Source: Octopus vulgaris
Lineage: Eukaryota
Direction: 5' to 3'
Assembly: GCA_951406725.2 (NCBI GenBank)
Contig: OX597818.1
Coordinates: forward strand, 115,072,001 to 115,136,000
Length of the DNA: 64,000 nucleotides
Positions 40,453-52,781 of this stretch are shown one piece after another. Position numbers and translations under genes: made by a program. The number at the start of each line of letters is the position of its first letter. The first letter of the stretch is position 1. Below the pieces are notes generated by a model. The model made no database searches and had not been told where the DNA came from. It saw only the letters and a program-made list of their open reading frames with translations.

Positions 40453-43400
40453 TCACTGGCAGAAACGTTAGTACGCCGGGCGAAAAGCTTAGCGGTGTTT
40501 CGTCTGCCGCTACGTTCTGAGTTCAAATTCCGCCGAGGTCGACTTTGCCTTTCATCCTTTCGGGGTCGGTAAATTAAGTACCAGTTTCGCACTGGGGCCG
40601 ATGTAATCGACTTAATCCTTTTGTCTGTCCTTGTTTGTCCCCTCTGTGTTTAGCCCCTTGTGGGTAGTAAAGAAATAGGTATTTCGTCTGTCTTTACATT
40701 CTGAGTTCAAATTCCATTGAGGTCGACTTTGCCTTTCATCCTTTCGGGGTCGATAAATTAAGTACTGGGATCAGTGTAATCGACTGGCCCCCTCCCCAAA
40801 AATTTCGGGCCTGGTGCCCAGAGTAGAAAAGAATATTTATTATTCTCCATGGCAACGTACCCAAATTTCCCGACTGGCAAAGTCATCCCGTTAGAAACTA
40901 AAGACAACTGCATACAGAACACGAAACAACAGCACCATTCTGCAGAAACAATCTATCAACAAGAAATATCACAAGAACAACCAGAACAGCAACAGAAATT
41001 AAGAACATCAACCAACAAGTATTACGAAATATACAGCAAAAGATCATCATCATCATCATCATCATTATAATCGCCGCCGCCGTCATCGTCGTCGTCGTCG
41101 TCACAACCATCATCATCATTATCTTCATCATCATCATCATTCTACTTCCTCTTCCCAGTATTGGCATCTACATCGACAGCTGTAACAAATCCCGCACGAA
41201 ATAACATGAAATAATGCTATAATGAATTCTCTTATCCTACATCAAACAGATTCTTTTATTAAATACTTTTCTGGATATTTACCATCAAATATCACACCCA
41301 ATTATAAAACACACACACACAAAAAAAAACTATAACTAAATTTTTTTTTTCTTTTTTACTCGAATACTAAAAGGACAATGCCAAATTTTTTTTAAACACT
41401 CCAAAGCTGAACAAATGAGAACTGTGCACCAACTACAAATAGTAACGGAAAAAGTTATTGCATTAATCAACGAACGAGTCCAAAATGCTTAGCAGCTTTT
41501 TTGTCTGTTCTGAGTTCAAATTCCGCAAAGATCGATTTTGCTTTTCATCCTTTCTGGATCGATAAAGTAAATAAATACCTATTTCTTTATTACCCACAAG
41601 GGGCTAAACATAGAGGGGACAAACATGGACAGACACAGGTATTAAGTTGATTATATCGACCCTAGTGCGTAACTGGTACTTAATTTATCAACCCCGAAAG
41701 GATGAAAGGCAAAGTCGACCTCGGCGGAATTTGAACTCACAACGTAACGGCAGCCGAAATACCGCTAAGCATTTCGCTCGACGTGCTAACGATTCTGCCA
41801 TCTCGCCGCCTTTAGTAAATAAATACCAGCTGAACACTGGGGTCGATGTAATCGACTTACCCATCTCCCGAAATTGCTGGCCTTGTGCCAAAATTTGAAA
41901 CCATTTCCTATAAAGCCTCGTCCTTAATAATATCAAGTATTTTTCAAGGTCGCAACATATACGGAAACCTCTACTTTAAACCACTACATTAACCACAAAC
42001 TTATATAAAAATAATATAGGCGCAGGAGTGGCTTATAGGCGTAGGAGTGACTGTGTGGTAAGTAGCTTGCTAACGAACCACATGGTTCCGCGTTCAGTCC
42101 CACTGCGTGGCACCTTGGGCAAGTTGTCTTCTAATATAGCCTCGGACCGACCAAAGCCTTGTGAGTGGATTTGGTCGACGGAAACTGAAAAAAGCCCGTC
42201 GTATATGTGTATATATATATATTATGCGTGTGTATATGTTTGTGTGTTTGTGTTTGTGCCCCCAACATCGCTTGACAACCGATGCTGGTGTGTTTGCGTC
42301 CTCGTAACTAAGCGGTTCGGCCAAAGAGACCGATAGAATAAGTACTAGGCTGCCAAAGAGTAAGTCCTGGGGTCGATTTGCTCGACTAAAGGCGGTGCTC
42401 CACCATGGCCATCGTCAAATGGCTGAAACAAGTAAAAGAATATACAGCGGTTCTGCTTTCGATCCTACTTCGTAGCAACTTGGGCAAAGTATCTTTTACT
42501 ACAGACTCGGACCTACCAAAGTCTTGTAAGTGGATTTCTAGACGGAAACTGAAAGTAGCCCGTCGTGTGTGTGCGCGCGCACGTGCGTGTGTGTGAGTGT
42601 GTGTGTGTGTGTTTGTGTCTGTGTTTGCCCCTCCACCTCCACCACCACCGCTTAATAACTGGCATTGGTGCGCTTACGTTCTCGTAACTTAGCGGCTCGG
42701 CAAAAGATACCGATAGAATAAGTACCAGGTTTTAAAAACCAAGCACTGCAGTCGATTCGTTCAACTAAAATTTCTTCAAGGCGTTGTTGCCCCAGCAGGG
42801 CCGCCGTTCAATGACTGAAATAAGTAAAAGATAAAAGAGAAGATAAAAGAATTGTTTAAGCAATAGCACGCAACAGCAACAACAACAGCAACAACAACAA
42901 CAACAAGGCCGCACCATTCTAAGTACGAATGACACGACCACCTGTTGTCTATTTATACATAAAATATCTGACACCTCTTTAAGAAAACGCATAAAACACT
43001 GGCGGGTGAATTGCCGCTTAGGTCGCCAAGAAATTGTATGATAAAATAACAATCTTTCCAAGAAGCGTAATTTCCAGTAAGATGTACAGCAATGATACAT
43101 TTTATCACCTAATCTTTTTATCTTATACGACCTGCTAACGCTTCAGAATAAGTATACAGTCCCATAGGTAGAATTATCGCCCTACATACAGATTGAACAA
43201 CAGTTGAAGCTTCTAGAAACTTGCTCCAAACAGGCTGAAATTTTCGCCTTCTGAACACGCCATTTCCGTTCTGGCCAGCAAAACCCAAATGACATTTATA
43301 ACAGCCGTAACTAATGTGGGTGTTTAAGAGATTGCTACGAGTCTCTTACAAGGACCCCCTGACAAATGACTGGGCGTTACATCAAGTAGATGAAAAGCGA

Positions 43401-43550
43401 CAACTCCTGAACATTGTGAAAAACTAAAGTTCATTTATCTATTAAAGCCATATAAAAATATAAAGGCAGGGGTCTAGTAAACATTGTCAGGGAAGGAAGA
43501 ATAGAGCGTATGAGGTCAAGAGGCAAGCAAAGAACACACTAAATGGAAAG

Positions 43551-43722
43551 GCCGTTCAAGAATTCGGACCTGGAGATCTCCATCAACGAAGAGCCCTCGA
43601 CTACAAGACGACCAAAGTTTTTTTCTTTTTTCTTTTCCAAGGTCTGGGGTCTCCCGCCCCTAAGCCTTAGACCATCACCTAATGACCCTTACCCGTCTTG
43701 TTGCTTAACAACAACAACAACA
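43551..43722 (+). mobile_element. Short retroposon with a (CAA)n tail; inverted copy at about 17874-18073
   Basis: Both copies begin gccgtYcaagaat and end cccgtcttgttgcttaacaacaac. Confidence 0.7.
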
Positions 43723-43782
43723 ATGGATGAAAAGAGTGACAAGGAAGCTGCTGAAGTCGCACTTAATCGGGAAGATTTTCGT

Positions 43783-44209
43783 TGTAGCGTCATCGTCACC
43801 AAGGAATTTCAACCGTGTTTCGTGGTCCGCTACCACAACACTTCCTTTATAGGATCCAGTTAGCTCAAGACATCATCAGGAGGAACCACGTCCGGTTTCG
43901 GCCCCTACTCCTCTACCGTTTTAACGTGGCGAGCCACGCCCCTTTCGGAGGTGTCTTCAGCTCTGGTGTTGGGTGCATGTCTTCTTTCTTCTGTTCTCTG
44001 GTATCTTCGATGTAGCGCCAACGTGTGTCAACGGGCGACTGACTGCCTTGTCAAATTTTCTCCCTTTAAATACCTGCCGCTAGGCTCCAGCAGGCAGCCC
44101 CAGCAAGTTGTCACGTGACACTGTCTCAACTCTAACTGACCAATGAAGGCGCGTAGTCTTAGCTCACGCATTCTCACATGACGATGACAACGAGCGAGTC
44201 GTCCCAACA
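43783..44209 (-). mobile_element. Probable solo LTR
   Basis: A 427-bp island richer in GC than its flanks, with TG...CA ends. On the minus strand it has ATTGG, CACGTG and TATTTAAA in promoter-like order. I could not see a TSD. Confidence 0.45.
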
Positions 44210-44320
44210 ATACTCCAAAGGAGAAGAGCCAACAAGGATTTGTTTTTTCCTCCAGTTTTGCCTAAGCACTCAACATCCTGATATAAAATAACACAATAAA
44301 CCATTGCAGATTATAAATTA

Positions 44321-44719
44321 CTGGCAGTATCACCCGGCGTTGCTCGGGTTTGTAAGGGAAATAACTATATAAGCATTTTTAGAGAGTTATAGCCAAAAAA
44401 TAGCAAGAAAATGCATTAAAAATGGAAAAAAAATTATGGTAAATTTTTTTTTAAATCGTTGACTCATCGTAGACATTTTTAGAGAGTTACTTCCCGTATA
44501 TAATAGCGAAAAAAATGCATTAAAATGGAAAAAAATTGATGGTAAATTTTTTTAAAATCGTAGACTCATCGTAGACTCGCGCTAATACCCAGAAGGGCTC
44601 GATATGAATCACGACTATAAGATACCCGGTTTTGGTTAAACTGCACCGCAAAATGTGGGAGTGGTTAGGAATCTAAATCGTAGGAAACAGACACACAACC
44701 ATACTTTTATATATAAAGA
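44321..44719 (-). mobile_element. Non-autonomous Helitron of a different subfamily, with an internal tandem duplication of about 100 bp
   Basis: Minus strand A|TCtttatatataaaag start, hairpin cccgagcaacgccggg, and CCAG|T end (mutated CTAG). The internal segment gcatttttagagagtta...gactcatcgtagac occurs twice. Confidence 0.75.
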
Positions 44720-45763
44720 TTTAAAACAATGTTCTTTGCATGACGTTGCGTAATTTGAACTCCGGTTTGAAATACAGCTGAGTTACTCATACGTGTATGC
44801 GTGTGTGTGCGCGCGCGTGGGCACTAACCGCATACACCCATGAACCACCTCCACACAATAATATTCAAAATGATATTCAAAATAAAAACAAAAACTTTCC
44901 ATCAATTTACACTGCCCAACTACATATTTAGCATTCTCTAAATTGCTTTAAGGAGGTGAGCTTGCCTTTCATCCTTTCGGGGTCGATAAATTAAGTACCA
45001 GTTTCGCACTGGGTCGATGTAATCGACTTAATCCGTTTGTCTGTCCTTGTTTCTCCTCTCTGTGTTTAGCCCCTTGTAGGTAGTAAAGAAATAGGTATTT
45101 CGTCTGCCGCTAACGTTCTGAGTTCAAATTCCGCTGATGTCGACTTTGCCTTTCATCCTTTTGGGGTCGATAAATAAAGTACCAGTTTCGCACTGGGGTC
45201 GATGTAATCGACTTAATCCGTTTGTCTGTCCTTGTTTGTCCTCTCTATGTTTAGCCCATTGTGGGTAGTAAAGAAATATAAACACCTACCAAGACGTAGA
45301 GAATACGACGTTTACCTATCCTTATTGGTCTGTTATTAATGTGCTTCTCTAACAACACAACTATTTCTTTCACTGTTTGAGTAGGTGTACCTTATCAAAC
45401 TATCACCCGCTTTCTCTGGAGACATGCGTAGAGGAGAGAGAGAAATATATATACATATATGTGCGTACGTGTATATACATATATGTGTGTGTGTGTGTGT
45501 GTAAAAATTTCTCCTATGTATCTTCTGCATGAAAAACGCGTACCTCCAGGAACTTCCAGACACGTATTGCATATCTCTACTGCATATCTTACCTGTCCTC
45601 GCCCTACGGAGTAGTGTTTTAACCTTTCCCTGCAGCTGCTCTGTTGCACTGAGGCAATAATTCTTTGTTCTTTGTCTCAAAACAAATTTTCCCTCCCAGA
45701 GAATTTTATTCTCGTGCAACTTAGTTTATCTATCGACCACAAATGTTATGCAATTGGCTTGCA

Positions 45764-46163
45764 CAGGACTGGATTAAGGCCTATAGCGGCCCGAAGCGAT
45801 TAAAATATTTTTGCGCATCTTGTATATGCAATTTAAAATATAAACAATAATAAACCAAAAAATAATTTTCTAGTTTTCAAAATGAAACAAAACTAACAGT
45901 AAGATAGAGAATTATGTTTATTTTTGTATAATTCCACTTTATTTATATTCGTTTTTCAATTGCAAAGTATTTGATCAGATCCTCACTATGACACCATCAA
46001 CACTTCGAAATTATACTTCCGTTCATATAAACTTCGACTATTATTTTAGTAAGTTTAAAGTGATTCTTTTGTATCGTAAACCATTTACCATCACTGTGAT
46101 ACCTCCTCCTTCCCTTGATGCCCTAAGTAGTACTTATTTTGCTTAATGGTTAATCCAGCGCTG
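45764..46163. mobile_element. Possible TIR MITE (hAT-like)
   Basis: Ends caggactggattaa / ttaatccagcgctg; no TSD recognised. Confidence 0.4.
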
Positions 46164-46844
46164 TCAGTGTCACTTTTCTATTGGATGAGTTAAATGATAT
46201 TCTTACAACAGATATCCAGACTATTATTTGCCCCCTTTTCATTCAAGTGCCATTTGCTCCATAAATATCTTGCTGGTGAAGTTGAGCAGAGAACCACCTT
46301 ACTTTTGTTGAGGCCGTGTTATTCGTAAGAGTTAGTCGCATTCGGGTCATCAGACGTTGCGTAGGTTGAGCACTTATCGTAGGAAGTACGCTAATGTGTT
46401 GATCATACCTGTATGAGTGTATATAGGTGTGTGTGTGAATGTATGTATACATGTCCATAATTACGTGTATATGTATATTCGTGTGTATGCAGTGAATCAA
46501 CCGTCTTCCGAATGATTTCTTTATAATCTATTATGCCTACATTTCTATGTAAAACGTAAGTGAGAGTGAGTGTAAATATGCCGACGTATGACTCAATGTA
46601 TCTCTGTTTACGAGTAAATGTGCTTTCGCAATAGAGAAAGGTAAAGAGAATCAGCCGTTTATTGAATGGAGCTGTTTCATGTTTAACAACGTTTTTGTTT
46701 TGTATAGATTTATGTAAGTAAAGAAATACAAGTTATGTGTGTTCACTGAAGATATTGAAAATAAAATTTACAGAGAATCGACAACGGTGAGCAAAAAGAA
46801 ACCCGTCCATTATTTTAGACAATTATAAACTTCACACACATACA

Positions 46845-46909
<65 letters not shown>

Positions 46910-46914
<5 letters not shown>

Positions 46915-47100
46915 ACCGTTAGCTCCTACACGCATTTTTTTTCTCTCCTTGTTTCTTTTCTGTGTATCTTTCTGTCGAAGAGCGTAGGCTCGAAACGTAA
47001 AAGACTTGTTCTATTTCTATTCCTGAGCGCCATACTAATACATTTGCTTGTTTGTACTCCACCTGCCTTCGTCTTTTGTTTATTTTCGTAAACCTTCCCG
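46910..47100 (+). mobile_element. Short non-coding insert in (TA)n, family H1, Penelope-pLTR-like; copies at 6927-7063(-) and 19864-~20085(-), diverged relative at 12929-13536(-)
   Basis: The three copies share one end that abuts (TA)n and differ in length at the other end. All carry a hammerhead-like motif. Confidence 0.75.
46967..47004 (+). ncRNA. Minimal type-I hammerhead-ribozyme-like motif with a variant core
   Basis: tcttt-CTGTCGAA-gagc(gtag)gctc-GAAA-C-GTA-aaaga: 5-bp stem I, 4-bp stem II, palindromic ACGT in place of stem III, and a GUA triplet. Confidence 0.6.
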
Positions 47101-47107
47101 TTATATA

Positions 47108-47157
<50 letters not shown>

Positions 47158-47244
47158 TATTGTTACCTCTATGGTAAAAAAGATGAAACTTGCACGTGTT
47201 TTTTCGGTACGTATTAAGCTACATAATTATGCAATGTTCTAGCG

Positions 47245-47314
47245 ATCCGACTGATGAACTATGGGTGTCAAATTAATTTATTTGCTCATTAATCGGGAAA
47301 TTCGAGTATGGGAT
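47245..47314 (+). ncRNA. Type-I hammerhead-like motif with a canonical CUGAUGA core
   Basis: atccga-CTGATGA-(atgggt...gctcat hairpin)-GAAA-ttcgag-TA-tgggat. Stem I pairs at 5 of 6 positions, stem III is near-palindromic, and the triplet is GUA. Confidence 0.55.
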
Positions 47315-47389
47315 TAACTAATAATAAGAAGAGTTTTCCATATGTAGATTATTACATATTTGTCGCGCTTTGGCTCTAGGGAGTAAAGT

Positions 47390-47725
47390 TTTCTCAGCCT
47401 ATCCCTGTAGCTTATCTGCAGCACCGTTTCAATCCTTTTAGCGTAGAGGCGTTGGATTGCTTCGAGTTCCACAATTGTTTGGCTTTAAGTGGTGACCATA
47501 ACTGGGAGCAGTAGTCCAGGCGGCTGAGAACAAAGGTTCTCCACAGGATCGACATAGTTTCTTGTTCTCTTGTTTTGAAGGACCTCAATAACCATCCAGC
47601 CAGTTGTTTGCACTTTGCTCCTATCTTGGTAATGTGCATATGAAAGGATGCGTCATTGCACTTACTGGCCCCCAAGTCTTTCACTGCTTGTGAATTTGGG
47701 ATTGTAGTGCCTTCGGGTCCTGAAT
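47390..47725 (-). mobile_element. CR1/L2-group LINE ORF2 fragment
   Basis: VKDLG...HITKI...LWRTFVLSRLDYCSQLWSP, then (after a frameshift) LEAIQR...SYRDRLRKL. Confidence 0.85.
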
Positions 47726-47759
47726 GAGCAAGTTATGAGTTAGTGAGTTTGTCTATCTT

Positions 47760-48075
47760 GGCAACAAGATCAGCTAATCTTCGGCCGGTATGGAAGTCCA
47801 CTGCCATCTCAACTCGAACTAAACTCAGCTTATTTAGTTCAAACGTAAAATCTGTGCTTTTGTATGGCTCTGAAACATGGAGAGCCACCTGCAGCAAATA
47901 CAAGAAGATCCAGACCTTCATCAACAAATGTCTCCGGCAGATCCTCCATCTGAAGTGGTTCGACAGAATGCCTAACACTGACCTGTGGGAAAGGGCCAAC
48001 TAAGAGCCCATACATGTTCAGATTAGACGAAGGAAATGGAGATGGATCGGACACACACTGCGGAAAGAACCCGCA
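47760..48075 (+). mobile_element. RTE-clade LINE fragment
   Basis: TKLSLFSSNVKSVLLYGSETW...FINKCLRQIL...W, a stop, then IRRRKWRWIGHTLRK. Confidence 0.9.
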
Positions 48076-48727
48076 AAAAGATGTATTTGACCACTCAATT
48101 GTATTAGTCTGCGACAAGTGAAAGTGAAAGTGGTTTCATTGTCATTTGTCAAGAGTGTTCACCTCCAGCCGTTCATTATGTCAGTCAGCTCACATACACT
48201 GATACACCATTCCGTTGCCGTGGTCGAAAAGGCGGAAAGTTGCCGATGCCTAATGTTGTTCACATTAGCATATAATTAGAATTAAAAGTGAAACAATATT
48301 GTATAACATTACAATATAGATGTTATTCTTTCACTTTTGACATGTAATGCCGAACCATTGCCAATGTTGTATTGTTTTCATGCAAATGAAAAAAAAATTA
48401 CATGTTAACACTCACGCGGTCTGATACTATTACCATGTAAAATTGTATTTGATTTGGTTGAGCCGTTTGAGAATGCATTGGGAACAGACAGAGAGACAAA
48501 TAATTTTATATGTGTATATATGTATAGACAGATCACATAATTGCCATTACTTTATTAATAAATATAATAACACATACAACTCATTTATTATGGTCATATA
48601 ATAAACAAACAGAAGTTCATGCATGAAGTTGATCTTTTTTTAATTCAATTATTATATATTTTCTATTATAAAAAACACACATATAGGAGGAGTAAGTTAT
48701 ATATAATAATAATAATAATAATAATAA

Positions 48728-49283
48728 ATGCCCTGATGCAGTACCAGGCAGTGGCTCTCATGGCTTCTGATCTTAACTGATTGCAAGTGTTATCATGTAC
48801 ATTGTTTTGTCTTGGTATAAAAGATGGGCTACAGCAAATATTCTGCTCAATACCACAGATTTGCTTGTCAGTTGTTTGACCTTAACCAGTTGACCATGTC
48901 CCTTAGTGACTGACGATATGTGCATCTCTGATCACGAGCAGAAGTAGTGGGGGAGCATCATAGCCATGTGTTGAGAGGGATTCTTTGGGGTTTGAATATT
49001 TCACCTTTGGAAACAGGGGTGTTTCGTTCAACATCCTTAAACAACCCTTATTCAGGGGCCTTTTGAGCGAGATGGGCTACTCGACCAGAACAAAATTCTA
49101 ACTGGGCCCCACCTGCAAGATCATGTGCTGTTTATCTTGATATGAGATCACCATGTCGCGCACATATGGTTGTGATCCATGTGCCTAGTGTACCGTTATC
49201 AGACGTGTAGTCATGATGGGTATACTGGGCTTCGCATATTTTACCCCAGTGTCATTTTGATGGCATGCACTGCTCTCTCACTC
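48728..49283. mobile_element. Non-coding insert of about 555 bp flanked by (TAA)n on both sides
   Basis: Complex sequence, richer in GC than its flanks, with sharp borders at (aat)n tracts (48703-48727 and 49284-49298). Confidence 0.5.
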
Positions 49284-49358
49284 AATAATAATAATAATTG
49301 TAATGTGGCTCCCGAGAAAGAGTAAAATTACCCAATCAACGACGGGTATTACTGCTAA

Positions 49359-49426
<68 letters not shown>

Positions 49427-49985
49427 CACTCTGTCGGTTACGATGACGAGGGTCCCAGCTCATACGATCAATGAAACAGCTTGTTGGCTGAGAACTCGAC
49501 GCACACGTATACCTTTAATGCAGTTGTCAGGGAGATTCAGCGTGGCACAGAGTGTGACAAGGCTGGTCCCTTTGAAATACAGGTACTACTCATTTTCGCC
49601 AGCTGAGTGGAAATAAAGTGTCTTGCTCAAGGACACAACGCGTCGCCGGGAATTGAACTCACGACCTTGGGATCGTGAGCGGAATACCCCTAACCACTAT
49701 GAGCTTTACAAACTAATAACTCGAATCAGGCGCAGAAGGGTCAATATTTAAGGTTGTGTGAGATAACAGTCTGGTACGATTTAGATTTTTGTAATTTTTA
49801 ACACATGGCTTTTATAGCAAGATGTAAGTGCGTTTATATTTCGACTAATATATGTGCGTATATATATATATATATATATATATCTGTGACGTAATCAGCG
49901 TCACGCTAACATGCAGATGTGCTTCAAGTGGACACATGTTGGATTATAACCTCTTAAATACACAACATAAAATACTGTGTTTATG

Positions 49986-50050
<65 letters not shown>

Positions 50051-50280
50051 ATATACATACATAGATGTATACATGTGTGTTTGTGTGCAGTGTGTGCGTG
50101 TGCCTGTATGTATGTTTATGTATGTTTGTGTACACATAGTATACACACATGTGCATGCATATATAAATATGTGAACCAGAAGTAAATGGAAAGCATTCTC
50201 ATAGAGATTGACAGATACACTCACACAAACGCATTTATATATTTTTGTGTATATAGGTTATTCCAAGAATAGACTCTCTA

Positions 50281-50327
<47 letters not shown>

Positions 50328-51542
50328 GCAGAAATGACGGATAAATAATATTAGGCATAAGGAATGTATCTACTTAGAAACATGCGTTTACAAATGACTG
50401 AAGTAATCAACCCTATCTTTACAGCTGTTTCGGATAATTGATGTGTATGTGTTTTATGTATACATATTGATACATACCTATATATACCTACGCATTCAGA
50501 GATATATTTGTTGTTGTAGACGTAGTAACAATGACACTAAGTACAATATATTTTGAGAACTTGTTTTCCTGGTCAGCCGTTAGAAAAGTGCTCTCTCGTA
50601 GCAAAGAGTTGTTTTGACTCTTATTTCTAGCAATGCAGGTGCTGACTATCACCCTCCGTCACTTTAGCGACGACTATACTTCTGCTTTTCGTTTCTTAAT
50701 TGCAAATTGTCAGCTTAATGAGATACATATATATGTATGTATGTATGTATGTATTATGTATATATTATGTATGTATGTAAGTATGTATGTATGTATGTAT
50801 GTATGTATGTATGTATGTATGTATGTATGTATGTATGTATGTGTGTATGTATGTATGTATGTATGTATGTATGTATGAATGTGTGAATGTATGTATGTGT
50901 ATGTATGTATGTATGTATGTATGTATGTATGTATGTATAGGCGTAGGCGTGGCTGTGTGGTAAGTAGCTTGCTTACCAACCACATGGTTCTTGGTTCAGC
51001 TCCACTGTGTGACACCTTGGGCAAGTGTCTTCTACTATAGCCTCGGGCCTACCAAAGACTTGCGAGTAGATTTGTTAGACGGAAACTGAAAGAAACATCT
51101 CTTACTTAATTGTGTGTCTGTTTGTCTGTGTCTGTGTGTTTGTGTGTCTTTGTGTCTGTTCGTCTTCCACCACCGTTTGACAACTGGTATTGGTATGTTT
51201 AAATCTCCGTTACATAGCGGTTCGACTAAAGAGACCGATTGCATAAAAGCCAGGCTTAAGAAAGAAAAGTTCTCCAGGGCAGAGCCCCAGCATGGCCGCA
51301 GTCTTATTACTGAAACAAGTAAAAGATAAAAGAAACTTCTTTCAGATGTTGGCACAAGGTCAGCAATTACGGAGAGGGGGTAAGTTGATTACATCGACCC
51401 CCCTCCCCAGTGCTCAACTGGTACTTATTTTATCGAACCCGAGAGGATGAAAATCTAAGTCAACCTTGGCGAAATTTGAACTCAGAACGTTAAGACAGAC
51501 GAAATGCCACTTAGCATTTTGCCAATCTGTTTGTAAAAAGAA

Positions 51543-51937
51543 GGCGCGGGAGTAGCTGTGTGGTAAGTAGCTTGCTTACGAACCACATGGTTCCGGGTTC
51601 AGTCCCACTGCGTGGCACCTTGGGCAAGTGTCTTCTACTATAGCTTCGAGCAGACCAAAGCCTTGTGGGTGGATTTGGTAAACGGAAACTGAAAGAAGCC
51701 CGTCGTATATATGCATATATATATATGCATGCGTGTGTATATGTTTGTGTGTCTGTGTTTGTCCCCAGCATCGCTTGACAACCGATGCAGGTGTGTTTAC
51801 GTCCCCATAACTTAGCGGTTCGGCAAAAAGAGACCGATAGAATAGGTACTAGGCTTCTAAAGAATAAGTCCTGGGGTCTTCAAATAAAGGCGGTGCTCCA
51901 GCATGGCCGCAGTCAAATGACTGAAACAAGTAAAAGA
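51543..51937 (+). mobile_element. SINE family B (head ggcgcaggagtggctgtgtggtaag, CORE-like accttgggcaagt, internal TA/TG microsatellite), nested in a family A copy
   Basis: A-box-like and B-box-like head. Other copies lie near 4585-4975+, 4980-5170-, 25575-25955+, 35695-35865-, 37420-37865-, 38995-39070+, 42018-42440+, 42445-42830+, 50940-51330+, 57890-58110- and 61660-61808-. Confidence 0.9.
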
Positions 51938-52012
51938 GTTTAAAAAAATCATGCTAACGTTTCTGCCCGCTCGCCGCCGTTAATGAAACGAAATATATTA
52001 ACAGGCATTGGT

Positions 52013-52781
52013 CTGTTTCTTTACTACCAACAAGGGGCTAAACACAGAGGGGACAAACAAGGACAGACAAATGGATTAAGTCGATTACATCGACCCAGTG
52101 CATAACTGGTACTTAATTTATCGACCTCGAAAGGATGAAAGGCAAAGTCGACATCGGCGGAATTTGAACTGAGAACGTAACCGCAGACGAAATACCTATT
52201 TCTTTACTACCCACAAAGGGCTAAAACACAGAGGGAACAAACAAGGACAGAGAAACGGATTAAGTCGATTACATCGACCCCAGTGCGTAACTGGTACTTA
52301 ATTTATCGACCCCGAAAGGATGAAAGGCAAAGTCGAGCTCGGCGGAATTTGAACTGAGAACGTAACGGCAGACGAAATACCTATTTCTTTACTACCCACA
52401 AAGGGCTAAAACACAGAGGGGACAAACAAGGACAGTCAAACGGATTAAGTCGATTACATCGACCCCCGTGCGTAACTGGTACTTAATTTATCGACCTTGA
52501 AAGGATGAAAGGCAAAGTCGACTTCGGCGGAATTTGAACTGAGAACGTAACGGCAGACGAAATACCTATTTCTTTACTACCCAAAAAGGGCTAAAACACA
52601 GAGGGGACAAACAAGGACAGAGAAACGGATTAAGTCGATTACATCGACCCCAGTGCGTAACTGGTACTTAATTTATCGACCTCGAAAGGATGAAAGGCAA
52701 TTTGAACTCAGAACGTAACGGCAGATGAAATACAGCTACGCATTTCGTCCGGCGTGCTAACGTTTCTGCCAGCTCGCCACC
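52013..52781 (-). mobile_element. SINE family A tetramer
   Basis: Four tandem bodies with a 15-bp TSD tattaacaggcattg (51996-52010 / 52783-52797). Confidence 0.9.

Noticed and set aside
40300-45665. About 60 bp shared between 40300-40350 and 45610-45665
   Set aside because: Both translate on the minus strand to the CR1-type SYRERL motif, so they are independent LINE fragments and not a novel duplication.
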